DNA of 64,000 bases from Octopus sinensis (GCF_006345805.1 NC_042999.1:80104001-80168000); one strand, 5' to 3'; shown: positions 27,290-42,432, counted from the first letter of the stretch. Numbers and translations are program-made. The notes: generated from the letters alone by a model not told the origin.

Positions 27290-27620
27290 GCCAGTTCAGG
27301 GTGACAGACTGACAAAACTGTTATTGCATTTGATGGGTTGTCTTGTGGTATCTGTTCTGGCTTTGTGCATCCTGAGTCAAAATTCTGTCTCTTGTCATCA
27401 GAAATGGTAACACTTCTTTCAAGAGCTGACAACCTGGCTAAGAAGAGAGCAAGCCTTAAATAACAACTGCCTCCAGCAGGCTGGTAACTCATGAGGCGTA
27501 ATGCCACAAAGTCGACACAAGAAATGGCAGCTAACCAGAATAAATGGGAAAGGTTTTCAAGTATGGATAGGCAGTTTGAAAAATTAATGGAGAAGCAAAA
27601 CAAAACCAAGTAAAAGTTAA
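27290..27620 (+). mobile_element. Possible PHD-finger/coiled-coil ORF1 remnant of a CR1/L2-type LINE
   Basis: One frame reads KTVIAFDGLSCGICSGFVHPESKFCLLSSEMVTLL, then after stops EMAANQNKWERFSSMDRQFEKLMEKQNK; resemblance only. Confidence 0.35.
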
Positions 27621-30600
27621 ATAAAATACTATGCAAGCAATGTGTGATACATAAAACTAAAATGAAAAAAATATCAGTTATGCATAAATTGAAATGCTAT
27701 ATAAATTATCTTTGTACAGGGTACATAACAATAGTATGTCTTTTGCTATATGAGAGAATAGTGCAAAATACATTAAAATTTCATACTGATGATAGATGTG
27801 GGAGAAAAGAATTCCTTTTGTTTCCATTATAATAACTGTTTGGTTAACATATTAGGTCAACTATTTCTTCTGATTAAATAAGAGAATTTGAAATGGGGTT
27901 TACATCAAATGTAGCCTTACACCTATTTTACTGTTTCACATCTATTTTTCCATTCTAGCGTGAGCGGGATGGGGAGGGGGTTTGATTTTTGCATGTAGCT
28001 GGAGCAAAAGACATTTTTATTTTTCATAGATGGCTGACTTTCTTCGACATACCAACTCAAACAACCATGAATGACTATTCTACTCTCTTTAGTTTAAATG
28101 TTCTTTTCATTCCTCTTACCTGGTCATTCAACCCCCCACCCTTAATTTTCAACTGTTCTCTCTCTCATTTCATTCTTCCTTTTGTTTCCATCTGCCCTCA
28201 CTTCTGCCTTCTGTTCTCATTTTTGCAGCTTCCAACAATGCTTCTAATGTTTCGTAAGTAAACTAACATACCTCCTTAAATAATTCTGAGATACCATCCA
28301 TATTCCTGATAAACAATAAGCTTCAGAGTCTCTGCTTATTGAATATATGAAGCGTTAAAAAATTTCAAGTAGTAAAAAATATGCAGTAAGAATATAAAAT
28401 AATAGTAGATAACTTGAGCAAGTCAGGGCAATATCTGAATGATGGAGATAAAAGTAACACAAAATATGTCCAGTTATCTCCCATACTTGGTGGTAAAGGT
28501 AAAAACTTAATATTAACCATCAAATAATATTTTATTTGTTCTTATGGTACATTTTATTCTAGTTCAGCTTTTTAATGCCCCATGCAGTAAATGTGCTGAC
28601 ATCACTATCATCTTCAGCTTAACGTCCACTTTTCCATGCCTGCTTGGCTGGGTGACAGGATTTGTTGAGGCAGATTTTCTATGGACAAATGCCCTTCCAG
28701 TTGCCAGTCCTCACCTGTTTCCACACAGTGTAATATTTCTCCATGGTTGGACATGTCTCCACAGAAGGCTAGAAACGAAGGCTACTGATTCATGATGGTG
28801 ATTTTCATTTATAACTTGCATGATGTCAAGACAATGAGATGCAAAAACATACACATATGCATGCATGTGTGTGTGTCTATTCCATCTACCAAGGCCACTC
28901 ACAAGGCTTTATTTAATCTGGAGCTATACTAGAAGATATTTGCTTAAGGTGCCACAAAGTGGGACTGAACCAGAAACTCCACGGATAGGAAGCAGTCTTC
29001 TTAACCATAGGGCCAGCAATATTCTAAATGCATACATAAGGCAGCAAACTGGCAGAAGTGTTAGCATGCCAGGTGAATTGCTGAGTGGCATTTCATCTAA
29101 CTTCACATTCTGAGTTCAAATTCCGCTGAAGGCCACTTTGCCTGTCATCCTTTTGGGGTCGATAAAATAAATACCAATTGAGTACTGGGGTCAATGCAAT
29201 CGACTTACCCCCTCCCCGAAATTTCTGGCCTTGTACCTTTTTCATAAATCAATATTTTAAATGTATATCATGTGCATGATATCTTATTTAATTTCTACAC
29301 AACTAGATTTTACAACATCAATAAACTTACATTTCTGTATATTTACTTTCATATTTTACAGTGACTTTATATACATCTTTGATGATGCCAAAATATGAGA
29401 GAAACATGTCAATCAGTCATCTTGGGAAATAGAGAAACTAATACCATTAGTTATGTTATTTTCTCAATCCATGTTCTATTCTACTTGAATCAAAAATGGT
29501 AAAAGCATTGCTAAAATACAAAATTTATTCATCATCTTTTTGTTTGTTTTACATCAATTTTTTGATTCTTGCTGACACAACCTTCAGTCCTAAGGATTAT
29601 ATTTTTACCATAATAGTGTGTTATTTCTATATTTTGGTGCATCTGGTGCATAGTAAACTTTATTTTCTTCCAAGGCCATCCTGCTCACTTTGGGAATATT
29701 GTGTTCTAGAATGAACTTCCATATTATGTTTATTCACATTTTTCAGATGGTGAGGATTGGTTTGTAGAAATATTTTGGCTCTTATTGAAAACAAGTTAAG
29801 CAATCAAAGGGCTAAGTCGTTCGGTTTGCCTTTGTTAAAGACAGTAATGTTGCTGCCATACCAAACATCGGGAACAGCAACATCCTGTACAATGTACCAA
29901 TGAAGGTGCTCCATATGTCATTGTGAAACCTGCTAAAAATAGCAATCAAATTTCTCTCAAATCAAATTATACTGTGTTAAATAAAGGAATAACACATTTT
30001 ATAACATAAACCTTGATACATTACTGTCTGAAAACTATAAAAAGCAAAGGTGGGGGAAACGACAAGATGATGATGATGTGGTGAATACCTTAGATCTGAT
30101 CATAGGTCAGCTCAATGCAATGGAGCAAGGGCTATACAACAAATATTTCCTCTACCATTTTCATAGCAGATAAAACAAAAAAAACAACTTATGTCTAGAA
30201 ATTGAGACTGGGGGTAAGCAAGGGCATGCTCCCCGTAGAAAATCCAGCTCCCAAAAAAGCCTCATGATAGCAAAGGAGAATGGGCATGAGCCAGCCCAAA
30301 GTTTGGGGTGGGATGCACCTGCCTACCTCAGTTGCTATGGCACTGAGGTAGATCCGGCCACCCCCGTTAATGGAGACAAAACCTGAATTTAAAACACTGG
30401 ATGATGATGGTGATAGATGTGGGAACATTTATGAAATGCAAAATCCTTAAAAGCACCACTTGTGCTTAAAATTAATTTATGGGTGTTTGAGGAAAGGGGT
30501 GTGTGTGAGACTTTGTAGTTTGTCATATTTATAAAGACTTTCTGCTTTGTTAACGAGGTTCAGTTATTTAAAATTAATGAACAATCTAACAAACTCAGGT

Positions 30601-32669
30601 AAGTCTTGTTTGTGTTTCAGTAAGCTTTGGGAAGGTCAATTTCTGAGACTTAAAATTTAGGTGGTTTTGTTATTTCTAGTAAGGAAGTCCTGCCCTCAAT
30701 GATTTTCAGTTCTGTGAAATAAAAAGGGCTTTTTAAAGGTGGTGTTCCATGTTTTCATTGTTTGTGAATATTAGTACAAGTGAAGGTGGAAAGGCGGCAG
30801 AATCGTTAGCATGTCGGGCAAAATGCTAAACGGCATTTCGTCCATCTTTATGTTCTGAGGTCAACTTTGCTTTTTATCATTTCAGGGTTGATAAAATAAG
30901 CACTAGTTGAGCACTTGTGCCAAACTTTGAATCCAATATTTTATTTTGTCTCAAGGCCTCCAGAATAGGAAACATGTCAGGCAAAATGCTTAACATACTA
31001 TCTATTCTGACCTTTGTGACATTTTGTTCATCTTTATGTTCCGATTTCAAATTCCAGCCGAGGTCGACTTTGCCTTTCATCCTTTCAGGGTCGGTAAAAT
31101 AAGTACCAGCTGAGCACTGGGGTCAATGTAATTCACTTACTCCCACCCTTGGAATTGCTGACCTTGGGCCAAAATTTGAAAGCAATATTAGTACAAATAG
31201 GTGAATATTCTAGAGACACTTGTACATTCATCTTATTTTTTTCAGCTGCACTCAATATGACATTCAGCTGCACTCATATGACAAGGTTGGGCTGTGAAAT
31301 TACAGGTAAAGGTAAAGAGCCCCTTTGATCATGAACGACCATGAGATTACACCTAGAAAGTTACCTTCCGAGGCATAAGTCCGGGAAGGTCGTTGATGGA
31401 AGACAAGTAGTTGCTCATGCATACCAAGCTCCCCTCTTCATGCCACTGATGTTATCCATGGGAAAGGCAAAGGCACCAGTGATGCTACAACTCATTTCTA
31501 CAGCTGCATGAACTGGAGCAGCATGATCTGGGAATTGAACTCACTACCTCATAATTGTGAGCCTGACGCTCTAACCATTGATCCATGTGCCTTCAGGTAA
31601 AGATCATTAAATCAGCTTCCACAAAATTGCATTCTATACAATTTCAATCACAAAACTATAACCAAAAAAGAGAGTATCTCAACCACTCAAACATGCACCC
31701 ATACTGGATTTCATTTACTTTTATTTCCTTTAAAGGAAATGGATTTAACACATAATCAACCAATCAAAAAATATATAAATAAAACAATGAAAAAATTCAA
31801 AAAGGAAGCAAAATTCCAAGGACAAATGCTTTAAACTAACAGAGTAGTGCTGTTACTCTCTATCAGGAATATATCTTCACACGTAATCACACGTCACCTA
31901 ACTAACATGACTTCAAATTTGCTCACTTCATTACTATATCAGAGGAAAGATCTATTTCAAATTTGCTGAGTTAATTAAAAACAATATGCATGCATACATA
32001 CATATAGATACATATATATATCTGTATACACACACACATATGAGAGAGAGAGAGAGAGTGAGAGAGACATACACATAAATTAATCTAAATAATGAGGCAA
32101 ACGTTTAGGGCATATATAAATATACACACACACACACACACACATATATTAATTAATTTAACTAATGAGCCAAAACTTTAGAATATATATATGTGTGTGT
32201 GTGAGTGCATGTATACACACACACACATATATATTCATACACAAACACATATTCGAAACTAATTGCCTATTTGTTTGTAGCCTTCTAGTAGAGCATGCTA
32301 AGAGTGATTTAAAAGAAAAGAAAAGAAGATGCCAACACCATACAAACAGCACACCTTACCATACCACACAACACCACACCTTATCAAGCTCACACCACAC
32401 TATGCCATACACATGGTTGGTCTAGCCACACCTGACCTCCTATTTACCATTATTAACTAACTGTATGCTAGCCAGCCAGTCAGCCAGCCAGCCTCGATTC
32501 CTGGCCCTGTACCTGGTATTTAGCCCAAACATTACACTATGTATCACAACACCTACTCATTGTTTCGGTAATATTATTAAAGAAATGACAATGATGACAG
32601 TGGTAGTGGTGGTGGCGATTGTTAGGAAGTGGTATCTGAGAAAGCTGTAAAGTATAGATAGCTAGATTG

Positions 32670-32704
<35 letters not shown>

Positions 32705-33499
32705 ATATATATATATATATCATCATATATATACATAATATATATATATAATATATATTATATATATATAATATATATTATATATATATAATATTATATA
32801 TATATAATATATATAATATATATATATATACACACACACACAGAGGGAGAGAGAGAGAGAATGAGAGAAGAGAGCTAGCAAAAGCGTCACTTCCCATTCT
32901 TCTACACACATATGCATAAATTCATACATAGATGTACACATAAACACACACACACATGTACACACAAATACATTATTATATAGATATATATGCATACACA
33001 TACACACAAACATACAAGCAAACAGAAAGAGAAAAGAAAGAATGCATGCACACACGCTCATATGCATACACACACACACACCTTTACAGACATTGAAACC
33101 CATGCACACACACACACACACACACACACAAGCTCACAGATGAATGCAGAACAACACACACACACGCACACACACAAACGTACACAAACACATACTCCAT
33201 CACACTCTTCCCCCCACCTCCGCGCTCTTTAACCCCGCTCCACCCATATCCCCTTAGCCAGGTGAATTGCTGCGGGATTTGCAGATCGCTTTTAATCCAT
33301 CAAGATAAGTGAGAGAGGAGGTGGTGCAGTGGTTGGGAAAAAGTAGGGGAGGGGCGGCAGTGCAGTGGATGGAATGATGGAGATGTTTGGAAGTGGCGGT
33401 GGGGGAGGTAGGGTAGTAATTTTGGAATGATATGTGTGTGTGTTTCGTTTATTAGGTTATTTGAGGTGGTACTGATGGGTGGAAGAGTGATGGCACAGT

Positions 33500-34050
33500 G
33501 TGCAGTTGATGTGGGGAGGTTGGCAGTGGCACAAAGGTGGTGACAGTAACAGCAATGATAGTGATGATGATGATGGTGATGATGATGATGGTGATAATAA
33601 TGACAAATATTGTGGGGATAATGAAAATGATGATGAGTGTGGTAGTGGTAATGGTGGTAGGGAAGCTAGTAATGAAGATATGGATAATGAAGAATATTGT
33701 GGCGATAATGAAGATTATGGCGATAATAAAAATGACGACGATGATGGTAGTGGTGGTGGTGAATGATGATGAGGATGATGGTAGCTGAGGTGGTAGCGAC
33801 TGTGACGATGATGATGTTGATGGGAGATGGTAATGATGATAATGATGGTGGTGATGGTGGTGATGATGATGATGGTAATAGTGATAATGATGATGATGAC
33901 GGTGGTAAAGATGACGACAATGTCAAATATAACGATGATGTTGATGACGATGGTAGTTGTGACAGTATCAATAACGATGACGATGATGATGATGGTCATG
34001 ATGATGATAATCATGTTTATGGCAATGATGATGTTAATGATGATGAAAAT
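33500..34050 (+). repeat. Degenerate (GAT/GAC/AAT/GGT)n trinucleotide repeat
   Basis: Visible directly; produces the poly-D/poly-M/poly-I ORFs. Similar tract at 36180-36560. Confidence 0.95.
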
Positions 34051-34175
34051 ACAGAGGTATTCATACGGTTGACTTAGCCGTTATTATTGCTGTGTTCTAA
34101 TAAAACAGCAGAGATTAAAGTGAAGGTGGTATTGGTAGAATACTGGTTATGGGCACTTGATCCATGCATCAGTAC

Positions 34176-34406
34176 GGTGAGCTGGCAGAAACGTTAGCAT
34201 GCCGGGAGAAATGCTTGGTAGTATTTCGTCTGCGGTTATGTTCTGAGTTCAAATTCCGCCGAGGTCGACTTTGCCTTTCATACTTTCAGGGTCGATTAAA
34301 TGAGTACCAGTTACGCACTGGGGTTGATATAATCGACTTAATCCGTTTGTCTGTCCTTGTTTGTCCTCTCTGTGTTTAGCCCCTTGTGGGTAGTAAAGAA
34401 ATAGGT
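34176..34406 (+). mobile_element. SINE family A copy
   Basis: GGTGAGCTGGCAGAAACGTTAGC...GTCGACTTTGCC...GTAGTAAAGAAATAGG. Further copies at ~16495-16870(-), 23510-23680(+), 29045-29240(+), 30790-31190(+, two), 41875-42015, 43505-44470 (split by MITE), 55870-56075(-), 62140-62330(-). Confidence 0.9.
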
Positions 34407-35096
34407 ATTGGTAGATGTTTTTGTTGGTTGTACAGCTTTTTCATACCGCATGGTTTCTTTTATCTCTCACTTGCTTAAATGGCCATACAGGGGCACTGCC
34501 TTGAAGGGCCCTACCATGAACAAATCTCTTTTTTTTTTTATTTTTGTACTTATTGAATCAGTCTCTTTTGCTAAACTGCTAAGTTAGAGGTATGTGAATG
34601 AGAAATCAACAATGGTTGTCGAACACTGTTGGGGTGTGTGTGACAACGATACAAAGATGCATATGTGCACATACACACACACACATATATGTGCATGTAT
34701 ATCATCATCATCATCGTCAATTAATGTCCATTTTCCATGCTGGTATGGGTTGGACGGTTTGACTGAGGTCTGGAGAGCCAGCGGCTGCACCAGGCTCCAA
34801 TCTGGTCTGGCAGAGTTTCTACAGCTGGATGCCATTCCTAACACCAACCACTCCGGGAGTGTAGTGGGTGTTTTACCTGTGCCACCGGCACAGATGCCGG
34901 TAAGGTGGGCCTGGCAATGATTATGCTTGGATGGTACTTTTTATGTGCCATTGGCACAGGAGCCAGTCAGGGGGTACTGGCATTGGTCATGATTAGTTGG
35001 TGCTTTTTACATACCACCAGCACCAGAGCCAGTAAGAAGGGCCTGGCAATAACACATTCAGATGGTAGGCTGCCTGGCAATGAACACATTCGGATG

Positions 35097-35146
<50 letters not shown>

Positions 35147-35469
35147 AGAAGGTTTCAAGATGATGTACAGGTATTATATATTAGAAGAAATGAAGTACTC
35201 AGAAATCCGGATGGTTTTATATTTACAGATATTTATTAGTATGTTACATGTTTTTATACATCATATATCATATATTAGTGCTTTCATCCATTCTAGTGGA
35301 GTCTACCTCACCATTGCTCAAATGAAAATTATGGATCTTTTCAATCTTAGTCACAAATTTTTTAACTGTGACATTCAACCGGTATCCAAAGTTTCAAATT
35401 GTTTAGTTAAAAAAATTTAATTAAAATATCTGTGACTGAGATTGAAAAGATCCAGAATTACTGGAGTGC

Positions 35470-35800
35470 AGTTCTATATTTAAGAGATGAGGAATTATGT
35501 ACATTATTTACATTCGATAGATATTTGTCCTCATCTTGTTATTATTCAGGTCACTGCTTGGAATTGAACTTGGAATCTTGGGGTTAGTAGCTAACGCTCT
35601 TAACTCAAAGATTCCGAGTTTGATTCCAGGCCGTGGCCTGAATAACAATAATAATAACATTGTAAAATACCTTAGGAATGAGAACCCAGGTCTGAAATTA
35701 CCCCAAGACACCTAAAGAAGGCTGGAGGGTATATCAGCCAAAATGTGTTAACAACAAACAAGATGAGGACAAATACCCGTCAAATATAAATAATGTAAAT
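35470..35800. mobile_element. Head-to-head pair of the same tRNA/hammerhead SINE family (left copy minus and internally deleted, right copy plus)
   Basis: 35470-35600 is the reverse complement of head and tail parts of 48232-48472; 35600-35800 matches it in plus orientation, including GGCTG-GAGGGTATAT-CAGCC. Confidence 0.8.
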
Positions 35801-37855
35801 TACTGAAGTATATTTGAAGTGAAGAACTACAAATAGATGTCAGTTGTCAACAGTCATGATACTAATAGAGAAAGTGAGTGTAATTGTGACCATTGCTGCT
35901 GTTGTTGTTGAAAGCTGTGATAATCTTGTCTACATGGTCCAATATGCACATGCATTTTTTAAGATGGTACAAGTTTGAGTGAGATTTGACTGCTATCACT
36001 AGCATCATAAGGGATTATATATAAGGATTCCCTTGTCAGCTGGCATTAGTGGTGGTAGTGCAGATGGTGGTGGTTATGTAAGACAGTTAAATTTTCTTAA
36101 AGATTAGTTCTTTTTCTTTTTTCTATTTTTTTTTAAAAAAGGGCAATATTAGAAGTAGGTCTTTGAGCAATAATGATAATGCTGTTTAGACGATGATGAT
36201 GATGATGTTATGGTGACGGTGGTGATGGTGGTGGTACAAAACAAAGCGGTGATGATGGTATTGGTGGTGGTGATGACAGAAATTATAGATGGTATGGAGA
36301 GTAATTAGTGATGGTGGGTGAGATAACAAACTGCTGCAGAGATCATTAACTCTAACTGAATGATGACGATGACGGCGATGACAACGTCAACAATGACAAT
36401 GGTGATGCAGAGGGGACAAGAAAGAGGTGGGAGAGAAGAGAGGATGCAGAGATGGAAGGTGAGAAATAATGATATGGTGGCGATACTGGAGGTGATGATG
36501 ATGATGATGATGACAATGATGATAATAAATGATAAATAATGATGAAGTGACAGTGATGGTGGTAAATGCTGTCAAGATGGTGTGGAATATGCTAGAAATA
36601 GCAGCCAAGTCTCCCTCAAAAAAGAAACCTGACCATCTTAACAAGGACACTTTAGGTACAGACCATAAGTGCTACGACCCTTACAGCCTAAAATGACAGG
36701 ATGGTTACTGGCTATGGGCACTTGATCCATGCATCAGTACTGACCTGGGGTTAACCAACAGAAGCAGCTGAGTTGAAGGTAAGCATGAGCATCAAAGACA
36801 GCATCGTCACCATGACAGCATATCACTGGCACAAGTCCACCACGACCACTCAACACTACTACCACCACAATCATCACCACTACACCTAATAGTCAATACC
36901 ATCACGGTTTGTTGCTACAGTTACTACTACCACCACCACCACCATTGCAATGCAACCACTACAATCTTTTATATACAGTAACCACCACCACCACCACCAC
37001 CACTCCTAACATCACTAGCACCACTGCTACCACTCCTAACATCACTAGCGCCAAACCACCACCACACCACCAATACCACTACCACAACTATTTGTCACCT
37101 CTATACGCCACTCTGTCAACACCCAGTGGAAACCAATTATTTGTGTAAGCAGTGGGGTGCATTAGGCGGAGGGGGTGAAACATCAGTGGTGGGGATGTTA
37201 GATGGAGATCGGGAGAGAAAATACACGCGCACATACACACACACACAAACATTTATACATACATACCATACATACATACATATATACATAGACAGATATA
37301 TCGAGAGAGAGAGAGAGAGAGAGAGATTTCTGTCTTGGATAGAGGAAGGCAAGAAAGATGCAGATATAACGATGTCCCACACACACACACACACACACGT
37401 CGATATGTATTTACCATTCCCCACCGTCACGTGTGTTGTCCTTTTATCACTCAGCTTTATTCCACTATCATACAAGCCAGTTTCCCTCCTGGTTGGTTGT
37501 TCCCGCTTTTATTTTATTTTATTTTATTTTATTTTATTTTATTTTACCCATCTCCCAAAGCTGTTTACTGGAAGGAAATAAATATTGTGTGGATCCAGGT
37601 GGAGGGAGAAAGTAGAAAACAAAAATGAACGGGACGAGAGACAAAGAAAGAAAAAAAAAAGAAGAAAGAAAGTAAATATACAAGATTAGGTAGGAAAGAG
37701 TGTGAGAGAGATTAAGAGGGAAAAGGGAAGGAAGTTTATAAAGGACGAGGAGAGATAAGAAGAACGAGAAGAAGGAAATACAAAGAAGAAAAAGAAGGAA
37801 AGAATGGCGTTTAATGATTTTAACCAAGTGTTTCATTTGTTTGTTTACTATTTCT

Positions 37856-38255
37856 GGCGATCTTTCGTCTCTAGTAGACCTTTCCGTCGATTTCCGTAAA
37901 AAAAGATTTTTTTTTTACACATGGGCTTGCGGGAACTTTTGAAGTAATATACATACATATACACATACACCGTGTAAAAAATTTCAGTTATCTCTTTCTA
38001 TCACACATTACTCTCTCTGTCTCTTCACACACACTAACAGAAGCACTTCACTTACACAACATACTGTCTGTCTCCCACACCCCATCAAACACACACACAC
38101 ACACACATGTACATCAATGCTTGCCATGCACGGTAACTTCAAAAGAACTTCCCTCGTCATAAAATCGCTTTCTGAAGTTCCCGCAAACCCATATGTAAAA
38201 AAAAAAAATTTTTACGGAAATCGACGGAAAGGTCTACTAGAGACGAAAGATTGCC
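37856..38255. mobile_element. 400-bp MITE, ~85-bp TIRs, 8-bp TSD
   Basis: GGCGATCTTTCGTCTCTAGTAGACCTTTCCGTCG... mirrored by ...CGACGGAAAGGTCTACTAGAGACGAAAGATTGCC; CTATTTCT at 37848-37855 and 38256-38263. Confidence 0.95.
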
Positions 38256-38649
38256 CTATTTCTTGCTAGAGTCCTTGTTGTTATTGTTGTTGATGGGATT
38301 CATTAATTTATTATCTTTTGTGGAGCGGGGTTAGTAGAATATAAACTTCAACAATTATGTCATTAGCTGTAGTTTTTAATTAACGCTATTTCTTCCACCA
38401 TAATTAACCGTCACCACCACCACCCGTATTTGGTACGTTGTTTGGTCATTGTGAAATGATCAGCGAGCGGCACGCGTGAAGAGATTTGTGTTGCTGTTTC
38501 GTGCTTCGTTATGTATTTATTTTTTTCTTTCTTATATGACTGCGGCTGGCTTATATGACTGGTCGGTAGGTCGTTCTGCTGGTTCAGTCACTTTATGTCA
38601 TTCTATGTTGTCATTGTTTAATAAGATACTGCCGCTTTAGTTATCATTT

Positions 38650-39130
38650 TTATACACCTGTAAAATCTGCCGAAGTTGGTTGAGCTCATTTAAGAGCCAC
38701 TGACGAGGTTTCCATGAAAAGTAAAAGAAAGACCTTCAAAGAATACACCCTTCCAGTGACGATTTACGGAAGTGAAACAAGAGCTTTTAGCATTACTATC
38801 ATGAACGCCCTCATTGTAGCCCAACTGAAAAATGGAACGAACCATGCTCGGCATTACATTGCAGGACGAGAAAACCAACGCCTGGATTCGACAGCATACG
38901 AGAAGCAATGACACCACAAGAACCACCAGGGAGAACAAATATAGAAGGGTTAGTCACATCGCGCGACTGAAGAGGGACACTCAGAGTGACAGAACGGACA
39001 GCAAGATAATGAACATGATCAAGAAGTAGACCAAAGACAATTTGGCGAGATGATTTCACCGTTACCCCAGGGCCTTGATGGCCACCACTGATCAGAGACA
39101 GACAATTGTGGAAGGAGTCCAAGCAGAGAT
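38650..39130 (+). mobile_element. RTE-clade LINE 3' fragment, degenerate
   Basis: KRKTFKEYTLPVTIYGSETR / MERTMLGITLQDEKTNAWIRQHT / SHIAR; typical RTE thumb/C-terminal motifs, frameshifted. Confidence 0.85.
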
Positions 39131-39718
39131 TCCTCCTTTAATAGGCGCAGGCATGGCTGTGTGGAAAAAAGATTGCTCCCGACCACATGGTTCCGGTTTC
39201 AGTCCTACTGCGTGGCACTTTGGGCAAGTATCTTATATGGCCGCGAGCCAACCAAAGCCTTGTGAGTGGAGTAGATGGAAACTGAAAGAAGCACGTCGTA
39301 TGTATGTATGTATGTATGTATGTATGTATGGATGGATGGATGTGTGTGTTTATCCCACAACGCCACTTGAAATGGGTGTTGGTGTGTTTACGTCCTTGTA
39401 ACTTAGCGATTCAGCAAAAGGTTTCGATTAAAATGAGTACCAGGCTCAAAATAGTACTAGTGTGTTTCAAAGATTTTACAAAAACATAACCGGAAAATTG
39501 AACAAAAACAGAACAAACGGAAATTTTGACAAAACCATAACACGGAAAATTTGTAGATAATTCCTCATCAATCAACATGCAAGATATCTTAATAGTTTCG
39601 TGCCGTTATCGTTGAGACTACTGCTTGGAGGCGCCAGTGCAAAAAAAGCCACTGGGACTGGCTTACGAATAAACAAGACAAACTAAAATGACTAAAATAA
39701 TTATTCATATACAACAAA

Positions 39719-39752
<34 letters not shown>

Positions 39753-40083
39753 AATATCAGGTTAATAAACCTTATAACGCGACATCCATAGCATGAGAAG
39801 ATACACGCCATCAAGAATATTAAGCCCAATTAAACACACCAATGAAAATCATATCACGCAAATAGCTATAAAACCAGAGAACACTGAATTACATGGTTGT
39901 GTGGTTAACACGCTTTGCAGCCACGTAGTCTCCGGTTCAATCACGATGCACAGAACCTTGGACAAGTGTCGGATCTTACAACTACTTGAAGAATTTCAAA
40001 TTTTTACTGAATTATTTGAAAGAAATTAAAAAAAAAAGTTTTGCATCCCGATGAGGATAAATCGTATTGATTTTCTTTTTCTA

Positions 40084-40124
<41 letters not shown>

Positions 40125-42028
40125 CGTCATTAACAACATTTTAACGCTCACTTCAATTATCTCAGTGTCTGTTCCGCCACCCTGATTGTCTAGGTCGGAT
40201 GGAGTAAATTGATGCAGATTTTATACATCCGGATGTCTTTTCTGTTACCAACCCTCAAATGTTTATAAGCAAGATAATATTTCCCTACGGTCAGGCATGT
40301 TCACGCTGAATATTGGAAGAAAATTATTGGCACTACATGGCAACCATTTACATGCATCATACATTGTTAAGACAAGGGGACACACACACGAAGACATTCA
40401 GAGAGTTCTTTCAGTTTCCGCCAACCAAATCCTCTCACAAAAGATCTGGTCGGGCTCCGGAACTATAGTAGAAGACACTTGTTTAACATGTCACGCAGTG
40501 AGATTGAACCCAGAACCAAGTGGTTGGGAAGCAAACTTCTTTTTAATAAATTTATCAAAATAGCAAACCGGTTTCAACAATCATTTTGTTTATCAATGTG
40601 AAATGAATAAAAGTTTAGGAGAGACTGAAAGTACAAGGGAAAATTCGGAAAAATAAGCTTAAAAATCAAATGTTCCTAAATAATTCCAATATTCAATAAA
40701 TTTCATAGAGATAGATAATAATATAAGTTTGGGAGTTTCATAACTGTCATACATGACTGAAAGTTCAGTATCACTGAATTATATTAAAAATCAAATACGT
40801 TGAAGTCTTAAGAGAGTAAGAAAAATGTTTCTTTAAACAATTTCTGTTGTAGATATTTTTTGTTTACCACCGATAAACAAAAAATGTTGAAATTGGTTTG
40901 ATATTTTAATAAATTTGTTACAAAATTTAAAAGTTACAAATCGTTTTAAAACTCGGGTGCATTTTCAAACCCTAAACCAACTCTCCGACATACACACACG
41001 CATATTTGTTTAAAACACAAACTCATTGACGTACATTACACACATGACTCACACACAGACAACGGAAACATGAATGCATGTATGACGTAATGGTTAAAAA
41101 TTTTTTTAACTAAATGTGGATGGGGAGATATTGAAAATATATATTGAATAAGATTTGTATTAATGGGATGGGCGATTTTGAGGATTGACACGGATATTCT
41201 GTTGTAAATAGACACTATAAAAGATATACATATACTATAGCATATACGCATAATCATACGCACTAACTATAGATCACACAGATACAGTAAAATTTTCTCA
41301 CGTGCAGGAAATATATAATGTGTGTTGTGTTTTGCTTAAAGACCCTTTTGGTCATGAATGACCATGGGATTGCACCGAGAAAGTTACCCTCCGAGGCACA
41401 AGTCCAAGCAAAGTTGTTTATGGAAGACCAGCAGTCGACCATGTATACCAGTCTCCTCTCTCCACACCACTGATGCTATCTAAGGGAAAGGCAAAGACCG
41501 ATGCAGCTTGACACCTGTGACGTCGCAACTCATTTCTATAGCTGAGTGAACAGGAGCAATAAATATATAAAGTGTCTTGCTCCAGAACACTACCTCATGA
41601 TTGTGAGCCCGATGCTGTAACCACTGAGCCATGCGCCTTCATCGTGTAAACAAGCAACAAATCACAACACAACGCTCAATGTAAGAGCGCACCTTTAACG
41701 CAGATCTGATTAAGTTCCACTTTAATGTTTAAAACCCGCCAATATTATTACATAACTTTCACATGAAACTTTTCAGTGAATTGGCGTCAGAAAGAGAATT
41801 GGGACAGAAACAATTGTAACTGGCGATTAAAGCCGTGGTAAACTATTTGTCTTATTATTTGTATTATATTTATATGCATCCTTCCGTCGAGGTCACCTTT
41901 TCCTTTCATTCTTACGGGATTGGTAAAGTAAGAATCAATTAAGTACCTGTAGTCGATGTAATCGACTTCCGCCTTCCCTCAAAAAGCTACTGGGCCAGTG
42001 ATAATATTTGACACCGTTATATTTACAT

Positions 42029-42189
42029 GGAGGAGTGGGTGTGTGGTAAGTAGCTTGCTTACCAACCACATAGTTCCGGGTTCAGTCCTACTGCGTGGCA
42101 TCTTGGGCAAGTGTCATCTACTATAGCCTCGGGCTGACCCAAAACTTCGTGAGTGGATTTGGTAGACGGAAACTGAAAGAAGCCCGTCG

Positions 42190-42239
<50 letters not shown>

Positions 42240-42432
42240 CTGTGTGTGTGTGTGTGTTTGACAACCGATGTTGGTGTGTTTATGTTCCCGTAACTTAGCA
42301 GTTCGGCCTAAGGGATCGATAGAATAAGTACTAGGCTTACAAAGATTAAATCCTGCGGGCGATTTGTTCGACTAAATGCGGTGCGGCCGCAGTCAAATGA
42401 CTGAAACAAGTAAAAGAAAAGAATAAAAGAAA
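42029..42432 (+). mobile_element. tRNA-headed SINE family B (GGAGTGGCTGTGTGGTAAG...GGAAACTGAAAGAAGCCCGTCG, internal TA/TG repeat)
   Basis: A/B-box-like head GTGTGGTAAG...GGTTCAGTCC, tail GACTGAAACAAGTAAAAG. Other copies at ~14050-14350(-), 28860-29015(-), 39141-39455(+), 40375-40535(-), 46360-46560(-), 48778-48945(+), 54053-54215(+). Confidence 0.9.

Noticed and set aside
26826-27410. 194-aa ORF
   Set aside because: N-terminal half is a GA-rich repeat; the only motif-like signal (PHD-like) is in a different frame.
33500-34077. Acidic poly-D ORFs as biomineralisation-type proteins
   Set aside because: Simple GAT-type repeat open in several frames, no splice signals or signal peptide.
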